Shown here: positions 51,137-63,916 of the stretch, one piece after another
Position numbering within the stretch: the stretch's first letter is position 1
How the letters are laid out: each line of letters opens with the position of its first letter
From: Malacoraja senta
Taxonomy: Eukaryota
Length of the DNA stretch: 64,000 bases
Direction of reading: 5' to 3'
Assembly: GCA_038087875.1 (NCBI GenBank)
Contig: JAXLNO010005889.1
Location: 124,001-188,000 of the forward strand
Position numbers and translations under genes: made by a program
Notes under the pieces: generated by a model
Databases searched by the model: none
Told to the model about the DNA's origin: nothing
Seen by the model: the letters and a program-made list of their open reading frames with translations, nothing else

Positions 51137-51739
51137 CGTACAATGGCTGCCTCGCCAACAGTCTGTCTCGTCCTTTTCTTCTTTTGTTGTCTTTAGTTTT
51201 TTGTTAAATGTATGTTTTAGTGTATCTTTAGTTTTGTATTATGTGGGGGAGGGGGGGGACTTTTTTAATCTCTTTCCTCAACAGAGAGGCGGCTTTTCCG
51301 TATCGAATCTCCGTCCGCACTGCGACCTAACATCAAGGAGCTGGCGGCCTCTTGCTGGGGATTGACTTTGGGAGCTCCAACCACGGGAGCCTGCGGACTT
51401 AACATCGTGAAGCTGACAGTCCCTTGGTGAGGGACCGGCTTCGGGAGCTCCAAGCCGCAGGAGCTTCGACCGCCCCAATCACCACTTTGATCACCCCGAC
51501 GCGGGAGCTTCGATCGCCCCGACTGCGGATGGTTCGACTGCCCCGACCGCGGGCGAAAAGGAGGGAAGAAGATAATACGTTATAGCTTTCCATCGCTCTG
51601 GTGGGTGTTTATGTTAATTTTTATGTAGTTGTGTGTCTTGTTGCTTTTTTGGTATGACTGTATGGCAAATCAAATTCCTTGTATGTTTTTACATACTTGA
51701 CTAATAAATTAATTACAATACAATACAATACAATACAAT
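51129..51739 (+). mobile_element. Non-autonomous retroposon with GC-rich internal repeats and (CAATA)n tail
   Basis: No ORF; internal ggagcttcga-c/t-cgcccc repeats; aataaa followed by (caata)n; 3' end resembles Rex1/Babar-type tails. Confidence 0.7.
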
Positions 51740-51831
51740 TTCTCCATGAATACTGACCCTAAATCCAGGAAATTCCTAGGTGATAGCATTGTAGATATAC
51801 TTTCACAAGAAAGAAGGTTCCTCATTTCACC

Positions 51832-52130
51832 TTAGTTTAGATACAGCATGAAAACAGGCACTTCGGCCACTTGAGGTCATTGATCACCTGTTTATACTAG
51901 TTCTATGTTATCCCACTTTCACATCCATTCTCTACACACAAGGGTCAATTTTGCAGAGGCAAATTAACCTACAAATCCCCACGATGTGGGAGGAAACCCG
52001 AGCACCCGGAGGAAACCCACGCAGTTACAGGGAGAACATGCAAACTCCACGCAAACAGCACCTGAGGTCAGGATCAAACCCGGGTCTCTGGCGTTGTGAG
52101 TCAGGAGCTCGACCAGCTGCGGCACAGTGC
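51832..52130 (-). mobile_element. HE1-type SINE
   Basis: Reverse-complement copy. Confidence 0.85.
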
Positions 52131-53262
52131 CTCCCAACAGGCCTTCTTCTTAAGGGTAATTGGGGATAAACAATAAATTCTGTCCTTACAAGAGACAGCT
52201 GAATTCCTGATAAGTAACAAATAACAAAACTACCAGAACACTTCAACCTTTTAGGTGCCAGTGAGCTGATGCGGGCATGTTGGTAACCCTGGCAATATCT
52301 TGGATGATGATAGAACATTGTTCCAACTTCTCATGGCTTCCTGTGTTAAAGATTTTATCAAGCCCCACATTTGTCCCCCTCAAAGAGCTAACTCTAATTC
52401 AACAGTTTAGTTGGTATGTTTTCTCACCCTGGGAGGCATGCATGGAAATTCAAGCCTTTGTGTTTTAATTAACACTAAGCCTTTCATTTCCTGGATTTCC
52501 TGTCATTAATGATTCAATTGTGAGACAATTTATAGGACACTTCTCCAAACAGTAGCAAGCAATTCAGATCCTAATATTTTAAAATACCGTTACATTGCAC
52601 TTAAAAAAACATTTGGAATTGTCTTATCGGTTACGTTTAATTGCTCTGTCTGAATGGGATTGCGCAGACTGTCAACACAGCTTATACCCACTCCCTCTGT
52701 TAATGCATTAACCTTGCCTACTGTCACAATGCCTCTAGAATTGATGCTATTTATCCAATTACGTTACTCATTCACAGATTACTGTCTGCTAAAAAAATTT
52801 GAAGACCTTTTATTTCCTTATTAAATACCCACCACCTATAATCACGAAGAGTAGACAGATTAGTCAGCTGTCAAAGGTCTCAAAATCAATTTCTGACTTC
52901 CAAAACTATTTAACATTCAACAATTCATCAAACTATAATAATAAATTTTTAACATTTAAAAGTTTATTTTGGGAAATCTGAAAATAAAATGTTTTTTTCC
53001 TAGCAACATACTTATTTTGACACAGAAACAGAAAATGCTGGAAGCAGTTTGCAGTTGAAGCAGCATCAGTTTGGAGAGAAATAGAGTCAAGATTTTGAGA
53101 CAAAGACCCTTCACCAGAATTGGAACAGTGGGAGAACGTGTTTTAATGACATGAACATGACAGGGTGCAAACCAAAGCTGCCAAGTTATCAATTACAGCC
53201 GATCCCAGGTTACATAAGAGTTCCACTCCTCCATTTCTCCGTAAGTCAGGATCATTTTAGTT

Positions 53263-53356
53263 TAGACACAAAGCGCTGGGGTTACTCAACGGGACAGGCA
53301 GTAATTCTGGAAAGAAGGAATGGATGACGGTTTGGGTCGAGACCCTTCTTCAGACT
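53263..53356 (-). mobile_element. Penelope terminal-repeat fragment with a mutated hammerhead core
   Basis: Reverse complement reads ctgaagaagggtctcgacccaaaccgtc. Confidence 0.8.
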
Positions 53357-53357
53357 C

Positions 53358-53627
53358 TAGTTTAGTTTAGTGAATCAGCACGGAAAGAGACCCTTCGGCC
53401 CATCAAGTCCGCACAGGCTAGCAATCCACGCACATTAACACTATCCTACATGCACTAGGGACAATTTACATTTATACCAAGCCAATTTACTTAGAAACCT
53501 GTACGACTTTTGAGTAAGATTTGCATCGTGGGGATTTGCAGACAGCAACCGTAATCGGGATTGAACCCAGGTCTCTGACATTGTAAGTGCTGTAAGGCTA
53601 CAACTCTACCGCTGCACCACCGTGCTG
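53358..53627 (-). mobile_element. HE1-type SINE with internal deletion
   Basis: Reverse-complement head and tail. Confidence 0.8.
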
Positions 53628-53809
53628 CTTTGATTCTCTATAGCTAATATTACTCTACACACAATGGCTATCATCCTTTCACTCATTAAATTTTCACCCT
53701 AACACTACCTATAATTAAATTAATGGAAATCAAACTGTATCCAGTAGTTCATGAATACTACAAAACATTTAACTATTATTATTACTATCTTGAAAAAAGC
53801 TTCACCAAT

Positions 53810-54596
53810 AGGCCGCTATAGTGGCGCTAGGGTTGCCAACAGTCCCTTATTAGCTGGGACATCCTGTATATTGGGCTAAATTGGTTTGTCCCATATGGGA
53901 CCACCCTTGTCCCGTATTTGACTGCTACTACTAGGGTTGAGGGGACTGTCGGGTCGGAGCGCCGCGTCCGGCCCCACCTCACCCGTCCTGACGTAGTGCA
54001 GCCCATGGAGTGCAGCAGCAGCACCACGCCCATGGCCCCGTCGGTCGGTGGCCTGGCCAGCTGTCCATCACCACCCCTCCTTCTCATGGCCGATTATCGG
54101 TGCACGAGTTGGATGGAATGCCGGACTTTGTACGCGACGTCGCGCGGCCCCGGCGCCTAGGCCAAAACTCCTCAGCTGGCCCGCTGGCTGGGCTTTGCAT
54201 GCAGTCCAGCAACCGGGCCAACTCATCATTCACCCAGCCATGGCCGAGTCGATCAACGAATTGCCATCGGGAATTTATCCCTTATTTTTACCTTTTGTCC
54301 CTTATTTGGGAGTGAGAAAGTTGGCAACCCTAAGTGGCGCAATGGTAGAGTTGCTGCCTTACAGCTCTAGAGACCCGGGTTCCATCCTGACGACGGTTGC
54401 TGTCCATATGTTCTCCCTGTGGATGTGTGTGTAGGTTTTTTCCAGCAGCTCCACTTTCCTCCTACATTCCAAAAATGTGCCGGTTTGTAGGTTAATTGAC
54501 TGTGGGTAATTGTCACCAGTGTGTAGGATAGAATTAGTGTATGGGTCGGCGTGGACTCAGTGGGCCAAAGTCCCTGTATCTCTAAACTAAACTAAA
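53810..54596 (+). mobile_element. HE1-type SINE interrupted in its A-box by a hAT-like MITE
   Basis: ggccgctatagtggcgc [MITE] aatggtagagttgctgccttacagc...ctaaaactaaa. Confidence 0.85.
53828..54332. mobile_element. hAT-like MITE (505 bp)
   Basis: Perfect 13-bp TIR TAGGGTTGCCAAC / GTTGGCAACCCTA and perfect 8-bp TSD AGTGGCGC (53820-53827, 54333-54340). Confidence 0.92.
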
Positions 54597-54599
54597 TAT

Positions 54600-55418
54600 A
54601 TGGGAGACTTTGTATAAAGCCATGGGCCTGGTCACCCCATTACAGGAAGGATGTGTAAGCCTTGGAGAGGGTGCAGAAGTGGTTTACTAGAATGCTGCCT
54701 GAATTAGAGGTTGGACAAACTTGAATCGTTTCTCTGGTTTTCTGGAGGTTGAGGGGAGACCACATAGAAGTTTATAAAATGACAAAGACCTAGATAGAGT
54801 ACGCAATCAGAACCTTTCTCCCAGGGTGGGAATGGTGGCGGCATGGTAGCACAGTGGCAGAGTTGTTGCCTTACAGCGGTGGAGACCCGGGCTCGATCCT
54901 GATTACGGGTGCTGTCTGTACGGAGTTTGTACGTTCTCCCCGTGACCTGCGTGGGTTTTCTCCGGGATCTTCGGTTTCCTCCCACACTCCAAAGATATAC
55001 AGGTATGTAGGTAAATTGGCTTGGTAAATGTAAAAATTGCCCCCAGTGTGTGTAGGATAGTGTTAATGTGCACGGATCACTGGTCAGCGCGGACCCGGTG
55101 GGCCTGTTTCCGCACTGTATCTCTCTAAAAGACCAGAGGGCATGGCTTTATGGTAAGAGGGGCAATGTTTAAAGGAGATGAGCAGGGCAAGTTTTCATTA
55201 TACACAGAGAGAGTGAGTGCCTGGAACATACTGCTAGGATGGTGGTGAAGGCAGATGAGAATATGGCATTTAAGAGGCTTTTGGATAGGTACCTGGATAT
55301 GTAGAAAATGTGGGGATATGAATCATGTGCAGGCAGAAGAGATTAGTTTACATCAGCATCATGTTTAGCACAAACATTATGGGCTGAAGGGCCTGTTACT
55401 GTTCTATGTTCTATACAT
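54600..55418 (+). mobile_element. HER1/CR1 LINE 3' fragment containing a nested SINE
   Basis: WSPHYRKDV.ALERVQKWFTRMLP-like sequence continuing to the tail gggctgaagggcctg...(ttctatg)n. Confidence 0.8.
54835..55130 (+). mobile_element. HE1-type SINE (young)
   Basis: Near-consensus V-domain gtttgtacgttctccccgtgacctgcgtgggttttctccggg. Confidence 0.9.
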
Positions 55419-57934
55419 TTCCATAAAACAGATCAATAGATAAAAAGCAAAAAATTGAAACAATTTTAAAACAGAAAGATATAACTGTATCTGAAGAGAA
55501 AAATAAAAGATGATTGACCTGAAATTCTTAAACAGAATTTTTTTGTCCCAAAGGTTGTATCTTTCCAGAAAGAAGAATAGAAGAAGTTCTAGTGATAGCC
55601 AAGCGGTTCGTGACTGAGTTGTTCAGCTGGCCCACCAGATGCATTAAAACAGAATCTTGGCACTGGCAAAAATGCAACATAAGGTTGCTCTACTTTCATG
55701 ATAGAAACACACTAAACCAACAAGAAAATAATATAACTTATGCATTGCCGTCTGCAAATTGTTAAAGGCACAATTACTTAATTACCACCAACTATCCTCT
55801 GTAGGTTAGAAGATTAGCACATGTGTGTATAACATCTCATTCACAATATAAATATCGTTAGTGATTTTAAATATTTCTCAGCTTGATTTTGTTTTATTTT
55901 TGTCCTGATTTCTTTACCTCCTACTTTGCTCTGCATACGGAATTTTTACATTGGCAGAAATATCTAGGCATGCACTTCCTGGCTATGATACTGTGAGGAT
56001 GGTTTTAACCTCTCAATGGTGAATGGGGATGGTTAGCAGCAGCAACATGGAGTGGTGGGAAAAGATTAAGGTGCAAGTCACAGGATCAGACATGTCGGTA
56101 GAAAACAGGGGGAATTGGAGAGGAGGTGTAATCTCCCCACTTCGCAGCGGGTCTCCCAGGTTGGCACATGAAGTCAGGTTGAAATCAATTTCCAGTCTAA
56201 AATGTACCAGTGCCGTGTGATCGAATTTCTCAATGATTGTTCCTTGGCCTCGCCGGACAAATCTAAGGATTCGTGCAGCGGGCACAGTGCCTCCAGTCAC
56301 TGGAACTTCAAGTTCAAAACCCCATGAAAGTCAATGAAGACCTATAAGTGCATTGAATGGTTGGCAGCGTTCATTCAACTCCAAACTTCAACTTCAGACT
56401 ACAAAATCTGGCTCCGATATAGCAGAAACATTCAGCAATTTAATCTCTCTGCACCAATCTAATCAATTAGATTGAAATTATTTGGATATCAGCATTTATT
56501 GAAGTAAAGGACTGTTGTCAAATCTTATACACTGCCATATAAACTGAAGCATAATTTTGACCTGCCAGTCTACCCATACCCATTCATTTAATGTCACAAT
56601 CTTTCTGTATAGCGATGGAAAACTTAGTTTCAATTATAAGCTGTGGACAATTTGTATTGCAGATTGCTGACTGTCCAAAGAAAAATATCGTGGTGAATTC
56701 AGGACTATCTGTCAGAACACTTTATTGTCCTGTAATAACGAGGTAGCTTTAAATCCAAGTAGTACAGTACAATTGTTTATTTTCCTCTGGGATATTATAA
56801 TCCATTGTTAGCAAAGCAAAACCAGCACTGTTCTGTACTCCCTCTCTTTTCATATTCACATATTTGTCAAGTTTTATTGTACTCATCTTTCTATATGAGA
56901 ATCAACTTTGGATACATAATGCATCATGGGTTAATAATCTAGTCATCCCTTTATTTTGGAATTTGTCTGTCTGGCAAAAGATGCAAAACAACAACTAACA
57001 GCAAATATTATTCATTCAATGAAGATAATTCATGCTGGGATTTAGAGGCAACGGGCAGTGCAGTTATTTCAAGGTCTTAACTTGAAACTAATCCATTCGC
57101 TATTAGTATTCTGTACGCACAGCTTTAGATTGCAGCAACTTTGGGAATATTTGCTGTGGTTTAGTGCACATTGAAGCTGAGGCTGAACCATGCATAGGTT
57201 TGTTCTGTGCTACGGTTTACCTCTGTTGCTGAGAGTGCAGCTGCAATTAATGTGATCAAAAGATTAATAAAGTGTTCATCTATTTCATTAATAAATATTT
57301 AACCAAAACATCTCAGGATGTTCTTGTTTAATTTCTATTAAACAAGAACATTTAAAACCCACTTAAAATAGACCATTCATGATGATTTTTTTTTTAAAAC
57401 AGCTTTTTCATTCGGGGGCATTTTAAGGTATCAGACATCAGTGAGGAGTTGACATATTAAAGGTATTCTGCAACCTTAATGTCACTATTTACTTATTAGG
57501 CATAATTACCTCGACATCAATGGGGATGAGCCACACACTGCCTACTAAGTATTTCAAAGCTTTATATTCCTCTCGTCTCGCCACTTCTTCCAGTTTCACA
57601 AATTATTGTGCATGGAGCAGCTTGAAATGTTCCTGTGATGAATGAAAGAACTATTTTACATCACTTGTTAAAGTGCAAAGCACAGTTCTACAACGCTTAC
57701 AGAAGGGGAAGCAGTTACTGTTTCAGAGCAACCAACCTTGATCAGAAAGATAGCACCATCTATTTTGAATTGAAGCTACATCAAAATTTCCCATTATATG
57801 TCCTTACATTTTAGTTTCTCACAGTTGTAATGTCTAGTCTGAAATTAAATCATGTTCTTAACTACCTCTACCGTGCATTTCCTAGCTACTGGTTTAATAT
57901 TTTATTGTTTCATCTTGCAGAGCCTAAATAGCAT

Positions 57935-58352
57935 CTTTAGGGCGAGGTTGAGTAGGTTGAGTCTCTATTCCTTGGTGCGCAGGAGGATGAGGGGTGATCT
58001 TATAGAGGTACAGTAGGTGTATAAGATCATGAGAGGAATAGATCGGGTAGATGCACTGAGTCTCTTGCCCAGAGTAGGGGAATCGAGGAACAGAGGACAT
58101 ACTGTAGGTTCAAGGTGAAGGGGAAAAGATTTAATAGGAATCTGAGGGGTAACAAGCTGCCAGAGGAGGTAGTTGAGGTTGGGACTATCCCAACATTTAG
58201 GAAAGAGTTAGACAGGTACATGGATAGGACAGGTTTGAATGGGATATGGACATAGCGCAGGCAGGTGGGACGTGTAGCTGGGACATGTTGGCTGGTGTGG
58301 GCAAGTTGGGCCGAAGGGCCTGTTTCCACACTGTATCACTCTATGACTCTAT
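57935..58352 (+). mobile_element. HER1/CR1 LINE 3' fragment
   Basis: LGLYSLVRRRMRGDLIEV...KLPEEVVEVGTIPTF plus tail. Confidence 0.88.
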
Positions 58353-58807
58353 CATGGTTCCTGCTACTTCCAACCTGTTATATGTTTTCTGAAGTAACAT
58401 TTTTGTCAGACACTTTCATTTTCTTTCCCTTTGTCTTGACTAGACATTTCTTTACCGCATTCTCTATTTCAATATTGAAATAATTATCTGTTTTTTTTCT
58501 AATTTTTCATTTTGTTTCAATAAATTAAAATGTAAAAAACTGCAAATGCTAAAAATCCATAATAAAAACAGAAAATACTAGAAACACTCACACCTTATGC
58601 AGCATCAGATTGACCAGAAAACAATCAGGAGAGAAAAACAGGTCTAATTTTTTATTTGTCTCAAATTTTACTTTATTTTTTAAAGTACTCAAGTCAAATG
58701 CAATGCTCCTCGAACCAAAGTTGTTCATAAGGAAAACATAGAACAGTACAGTACAGGAACAGGTTTTTCAGCCCACATTGACTGTACTAAACATGTTTAA
58801 GCGATGT

Positions 58808-59090
58808 TTAGTTTAGATGCTTAGAGATATAGCATGGAAACGGTCCCTTTGGCCCACCGAGTCCATGCCGACCATCGATCAACCATACACTAGTTCTGTG
58901 TTACCCCACTTTTGAATCCTACATACAAGGGGCAATTTACAGAAGCCAATTAACCTACAAATATGCACGTCTTTGGAATGTGGGAGGAAACCCGAACATT
59001 CAGAAAAAATTCATGCTGACAGAGGAAGAACGTATACATTCCACAGACAGTCCCCGTAGTCAGGATAGCTCCACTGCTGTGCCACCCATG
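58808..59090 (-). mobile_element. HE1-type SINE with internal deletion
   Basis: Reverse-complement tail and V-domain. Confidence 0.78.
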
Positions 59091-59542
59091 ATGCCAAGAC
59101 CAACTCTTATCTGCTGCATATATTATATCCCTCCATTCTCTGTATATCCATGTACCCATCCAAAAGTCTTATGTGCCACTATTGTATCTGGCTCCACCAC
59201 CAACCAACCCAGTCAGTGCATTCCAGGCACTCACCACCTTCAGTGTAAAAATAACCTGCCCTGAACATCTCCTTTAAACTTTGCCCCTCTCACCTTAAAG
59301 CTATGCCCTCTAGAATTTGAGTAAAATGATCCTGATATCCATTGTGGTTTACTTTCTGTGCTCAGTTAATTTAGTCAAGTTGAGAAAACAAACAGGAGTT
59401 GGCAGTTGTACTGGTAACAACTGGTATTAAAGCTGTTACTCCTTCAAAACTGTAAATGCAAAAAGTATGTTTATTAATAACTGTAAATCAGCTTGGATAC
59501 TCATAACAGGAGAAATATATGTTAAAAACGGTCCCAGATTTC

Positions 59543-60818
59543 TTTCTTAAAAAAAATAAAAAATTATTAGAAGTATTTTACATTACAGTAATCTGCAATA
59601 ACGTAAGTTTATACTGTTCTTGTACCACTTCTTATTTTAATCTTTAATAGGAAAAAAGGATAGAAGGAGTTAGTAAAGATAGTCAGTGAGTGAATGAAAG
59701 AGTGGTCCATGAACACCCGGATGAACCTAAACCACAAGAAATAGTTAAAAAAGAAAAGAAAAAAACCAAAAGGAGGAAAAAGAAAAAAGAAAAAAGAAAG
59801 TAAGATTGGACATTATGAGAGGGATGCACCTACTTCTTATCTTTACTCACCCCTCGCCAGGTCCTAAAACCGTTTATTATCAACATTTTGTTGCACCCTA
59901 TGTTTGTAATAAGTCGATATATGGAGACCAAATCTTTTGGAATTGGTCTAGTTTACCTGCTAGGAGGAATCTCATATCTTCTAGGTATAACAATTCCGAC
60001 ATATTAGAAGTCCACATTTTTATTGTTGGCATAGGAGCATTTTTCCAAAATTTCAGTATCCGTTTTTTTGCCGTTATTAAGCCATAATTAAGAAAACTCC
60101 TTTGAAACGAAGTCAGCTCCAAACTTGCTTCTATTGTTCCAAAAATAATCAATTCTGCATTCGGTTTCAGGTTTATTTTAAATAATTTAGTGAAAATTTC
60201 AAAAATTTCATTCCACAATTTTTGAATTTTTATACAAAAAACAAAAGAATGTGCTATATATAGTTGATTCTTGGATTAGGCATTTATCACAGATAGCAGA
60301 GGTATTTGGGTAAAATTTACTTAATTTAGCTTTTGAATAGTATAATCTATGTAAAATTTTAAATTGAATCAGAGTATGTCTTACATTAATCGAGCATTTA
60401 TGCACATATAATAGGTGTTTATCCCAACTCTCTTTCGAGATTTTTATAGCTAGTTCCTGTTCCCATTCTCTTCTAATCCCATCCGATGATGGAATTTCTA
60501 TGTTTAAAATGCAATTGTATAGGTATGATATTAAATTAGCTGATTCCGCTTTTATATTCATTATCCCATCTAATAGGTCAGGAGACATATTTTGATATTC
60601 TCGTGTATACTTTTTCAAATAGTCACGTATTTGAAAATATTTGAAATATTGATTACTATTCAAGTTGTATTTAAGTTGTAGTTGGTGAAATGTTAAAAAA
60701 ACTTCCATTATCATAGATATCTCCAAACGTTTTAATTCCTACTCTTTCCCAATTTATAAAAGCTCTATCTATCATAGAAGGTTTAAACGAAGGGTTATTC
60801 ATTATAGGTGAGAGAAAT
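59543..60818 (-). mobile_element. L1 LINE, 5'-truncated (ORF2 C-terminus with Cys motif and 3'UTR)
   Basis: LQLKYNL..YFKYFQIRDYL; WEQEL; IQFKILHRLYYS..CDKC; AKKRILKFWK; FQKIWSPY. Perfect 14-bp TSD cggtcccagatttc (59529-59542, 60819-60832). Confidence 0.95.
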
Positions 60819-60950
60819 CGGTCCCAGATTTCAATTCAATGTTTCTGGACTGTATTGTAAACTCATTCCCCTTCCAGCATACAAAAACTGCATTGCTTCC
60901 AGGATTTACCAAAATAAATGAAACATTCTCAATTACATCTTTGGAAGAGA

Positions 60951-60964
60951 CTGCCATCTGGTGG
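60951..60964 (-). promoter_or_regulatory. CTCF consensus motif
   Basis: Reverse complement CCACCAGATGGCAG fully fits the consensus; it lies in apparently unique sequence. Confidence 0.55.
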
Positions 60965-61015
60965 CAACACCTGATGTTTGCAACTTTTCAATCTGCTAAT
61001 GTGTTCAGATATTAA

Positions 61016-61353
61016 AGGCCCTGTCAGACCATGCGAGTTTACCCAAGAGCCAAAATTTTAAAAAAAATCAAACTTGTGGTAAGTACCAAAGATCCTATAG
61101 CAAGGATAGCTATAGGATCTTTGGTAAGTACGTAGAATGTACGTAGCGGGTACGTTGGAGCACGTGGATGTCTTGTAGCGGCTTGTAATGCTAATGGCAC
61201 GTACTCGGGAAACGTGGAAACTCGTGAAGTTTTTTCAACAGTGAGAAAAATTACCAAGAATAAAAAAATACTCGTGATGAAGTACCACGAGTTTGATTTT
61301 TTTTTTAAACTCGGGAGATCTCTTGGGTAAACTCACATCGTGGGACAGGGGCT
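61016..61353. mobile_element. MITE of the same family as 45966-46272
   Basis: AGGCCCTGTC...GACAGGGGCT with ~65-bp imperfect TIRs; shared interior gtaagtacgtagaatgtac.tagcgggtac. Confidence 0.85.
61087..61123. mobile_element. 37-bp hairpin micro-element with 8-bp TSD
   Basis: CAAAGATCCTATAGC-aaggata-GCTATAGGATCTTTG; TSD GTAAGTAC (61079-61086, 61124-61131); absent from the sister MITE. Confidence 0.85.
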
Positions 61354-61799
61354 TTAGTTTAAGTTTAGTTTACAAATACAGCAAGGAATGCAAGTGCCTT
61401 TCTGATAATACCAGGACCCACAAAAGCTGCCACCATCAATCTGCCACAGTCTGAAATGCCCATCACAGAAGATGGAAAATATTTTACAGATTTTTCTTTT
61501 ATCTCTGGACTTTGAAACCATAGTGATACAACTAAACTCGTCTCCGAATACAGACATTCAAAAGCACAGCAATCATTGATTGCATCAAGGTTATCTGGGC
61601 ACACATGAAACTAAATGAAACTTTCTGCACTGCCCCAATCAACCATGTCAATGAATCCACTCTGCCAGAGATTACAGTGAATCATCTACCTTCATTGCTG
61701 TCATCTCCAACTAAATGTTTTAATATAATTAACAAAAAAGCACATGTTAATTGCATATGTTAATCCATTAAAACATGCCCTTACTAACAGTAAGATAAA

Positions 61800-62050
61800 C
61801 TGCTGCAAGAATTTAGATGGTCGAGCAGTATCTGTGGAGGTAAAGAGATGGTCAACATTTAGGGTCAGGCCCTACATCAGGGCTGCCCTGACCTTTACAA
61901 GCCTGTTGTGCAACTGCAAGTGAGAATTTCACAGTTCTGTTTCAGAACATATGATAATAAAACATTCTTGACAGATGCTGCTTGTCCCACTGAGTTCTTC
62001 ACGCAGGTTATTTCTTGCTCCAGATTCCAGTACAAGTAGTCTCTTGTCTC
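61800..62050. mobile_element. Old fold-back Penelope terminal-repeat element with nested Rex1-like tail
   Basis: gcagtatctgtggagg...ccctacatcag versus acagatgctgcttgtcccactgagttcttc...gctccagattccag. Confidence 0.6.
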
Positions 62051-63916
62051 CCTTACTAACAGTATTTGTTAAACTGCATGGATGTGGGACTCGTGGGCTG
62101 TATTTATTCTGATTTATTCTTATACTAGCTGGTTGATCCAGATGGACACCAATAATTGGTTATTAAACTTTAGGTCCCGAGTTGCAATGCAGTAATATTA
62201 TTGTCACATTTCACGTGACAAGTAGAAAACGTAACATCTTATCCCAGTTCTACGCAGAATAAAGCTGAGGAAGAAACTGGTATCATGGATTGAATCAGGT
62301 TGATTTTATCATTGTGATATAATAAGGGATCATACTGCAAAATATAGAGGCAAATTCCTGAAAATAGAAAGTATTTGGATGTTTGGGCTTCACATTAGAA
62401 ATATATAGTGCACTCGGACTTTAACAGCCCTTTGTCTAGTTAGAGGCGCACTCTTCCATGTCTGGTAGCCTTATGTTGGTTGTTGTCCTGAAAGGTAAAC
62501 CTTCTGTAGAAATTATACTACTGTTGGCATATTGCTTTAAAATATTTTTTAAAAAAACACTTGCTTTGTCCAAATAAGGTTAGTTGTGCATTATTCATAA
62601 ATTCACATAAATTCAAAAGCCCAAGGTTTATGCAAATTTCACCACTATGCAGCAGCATAGTAACTTTCTGAAACTTATGTCCATCTGCCACAACCATAAA
62701 CATTTGGTCTTGGGTCTGCACCCACCCCTCCCCACTGCATCATGAACAAGTGCGTGATGGTAATTTTTCTAGATTAGCACTAACTTTCATATTGCAGCGA
62801 ATTAGATTGAAAGATAATAGTGCAAATGAAATTTAAACTCAGACCACAATTAAGATAAACGCATTTTCCGCTTTTTCTTGACATATTATTCCATATAAAC
62901 TGCCATTAAACCATACTACTATATCTATCCCTGTTAGACAGTGCATTACTATCAAGGATTGAAAGAGTTCCTCATCTATTTCATGAAATTGGCAGTGAGA
63001 GGGAAATTCTAATTGGCCCATATTCAAATGATTGGTGCAAGGCAGAATGAGGAACCATGTCTAAATTTAGGTCATACCTTAATTATAACATTCTAAGGAT
63101 TTGTAGTGCCAGTTAAGGCTTTGTGAGGCAGTTATCCACTTTTTCTTGGTTTGTGTGGGTATGGTGAACAACAGAAGAGAGGAAAAATGTAAATCCAAAA
63201 TTTGATTTGTTTTTATTGACATGAATGAAGTTGACTTTCACCAACAATATTTGAGTTCACTTGCAGTTTAGTCTTGGAGTTTTGGAAACAATGAATAATC
63301 CCAGTGAAAACCTTCCTATAAAGCAAATCCCTTCATATTCTTCACACAAATGGGAATGTTTGCTAAATACTACCCACTTACACACAATATCTATTCTTTG
63401 AAATCCTTAATTTCTCAAAGAATCTTTCCCACCTCCTCTAGGTAAACAGGGTCATATTTTAAGAAAACATTATGAACTACCAGGTTTTCTGGATTTTACG
63501 TCCCTCTAGAGATACATCACAAATACAGCTCTCGTTAAACAATTACTTACTCTTCACAGATAAAATTAAATGAGGTAGTTCAGGCCGGCTGCAGAAGAGT
63601 ACTGGATTATGTAAGTCCTCCATTCCCAAGAACTAACTGTAACCCAGAAATGTCCATTTTGCGTTGTAATCCATTATCATATTGCTCTACACACACACTT
63701 GGTAATACTCCTTCATTTCATTGAGTGATCACCTTGCTGCCTATAATTAAACTAACGCATCTAGTAATTAATATCACAAACCATTATATTCTTATCACTA
63801 GCTTGAAAAATGCCGTAAAAAAGTATGGGAGAATTTGCAACGTTTGATTTCTGTAAATTATATTATCCGTAACTCATGGAGTGCCCCGACCCAAAAAGTT
63901 ATCTGTCTATTTAAAG

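Noticed and set aside
53827-54434. GC-rich ORFs up to 128 aa, resembling a CpG-island promoter
   Set aside because: Fully explained by the MITE interior and the host SINE.
56013-56300. ORFs on both strands in a moderately GC-rich patch
   Set aside because: No recognisable homology or convincing splice sites.
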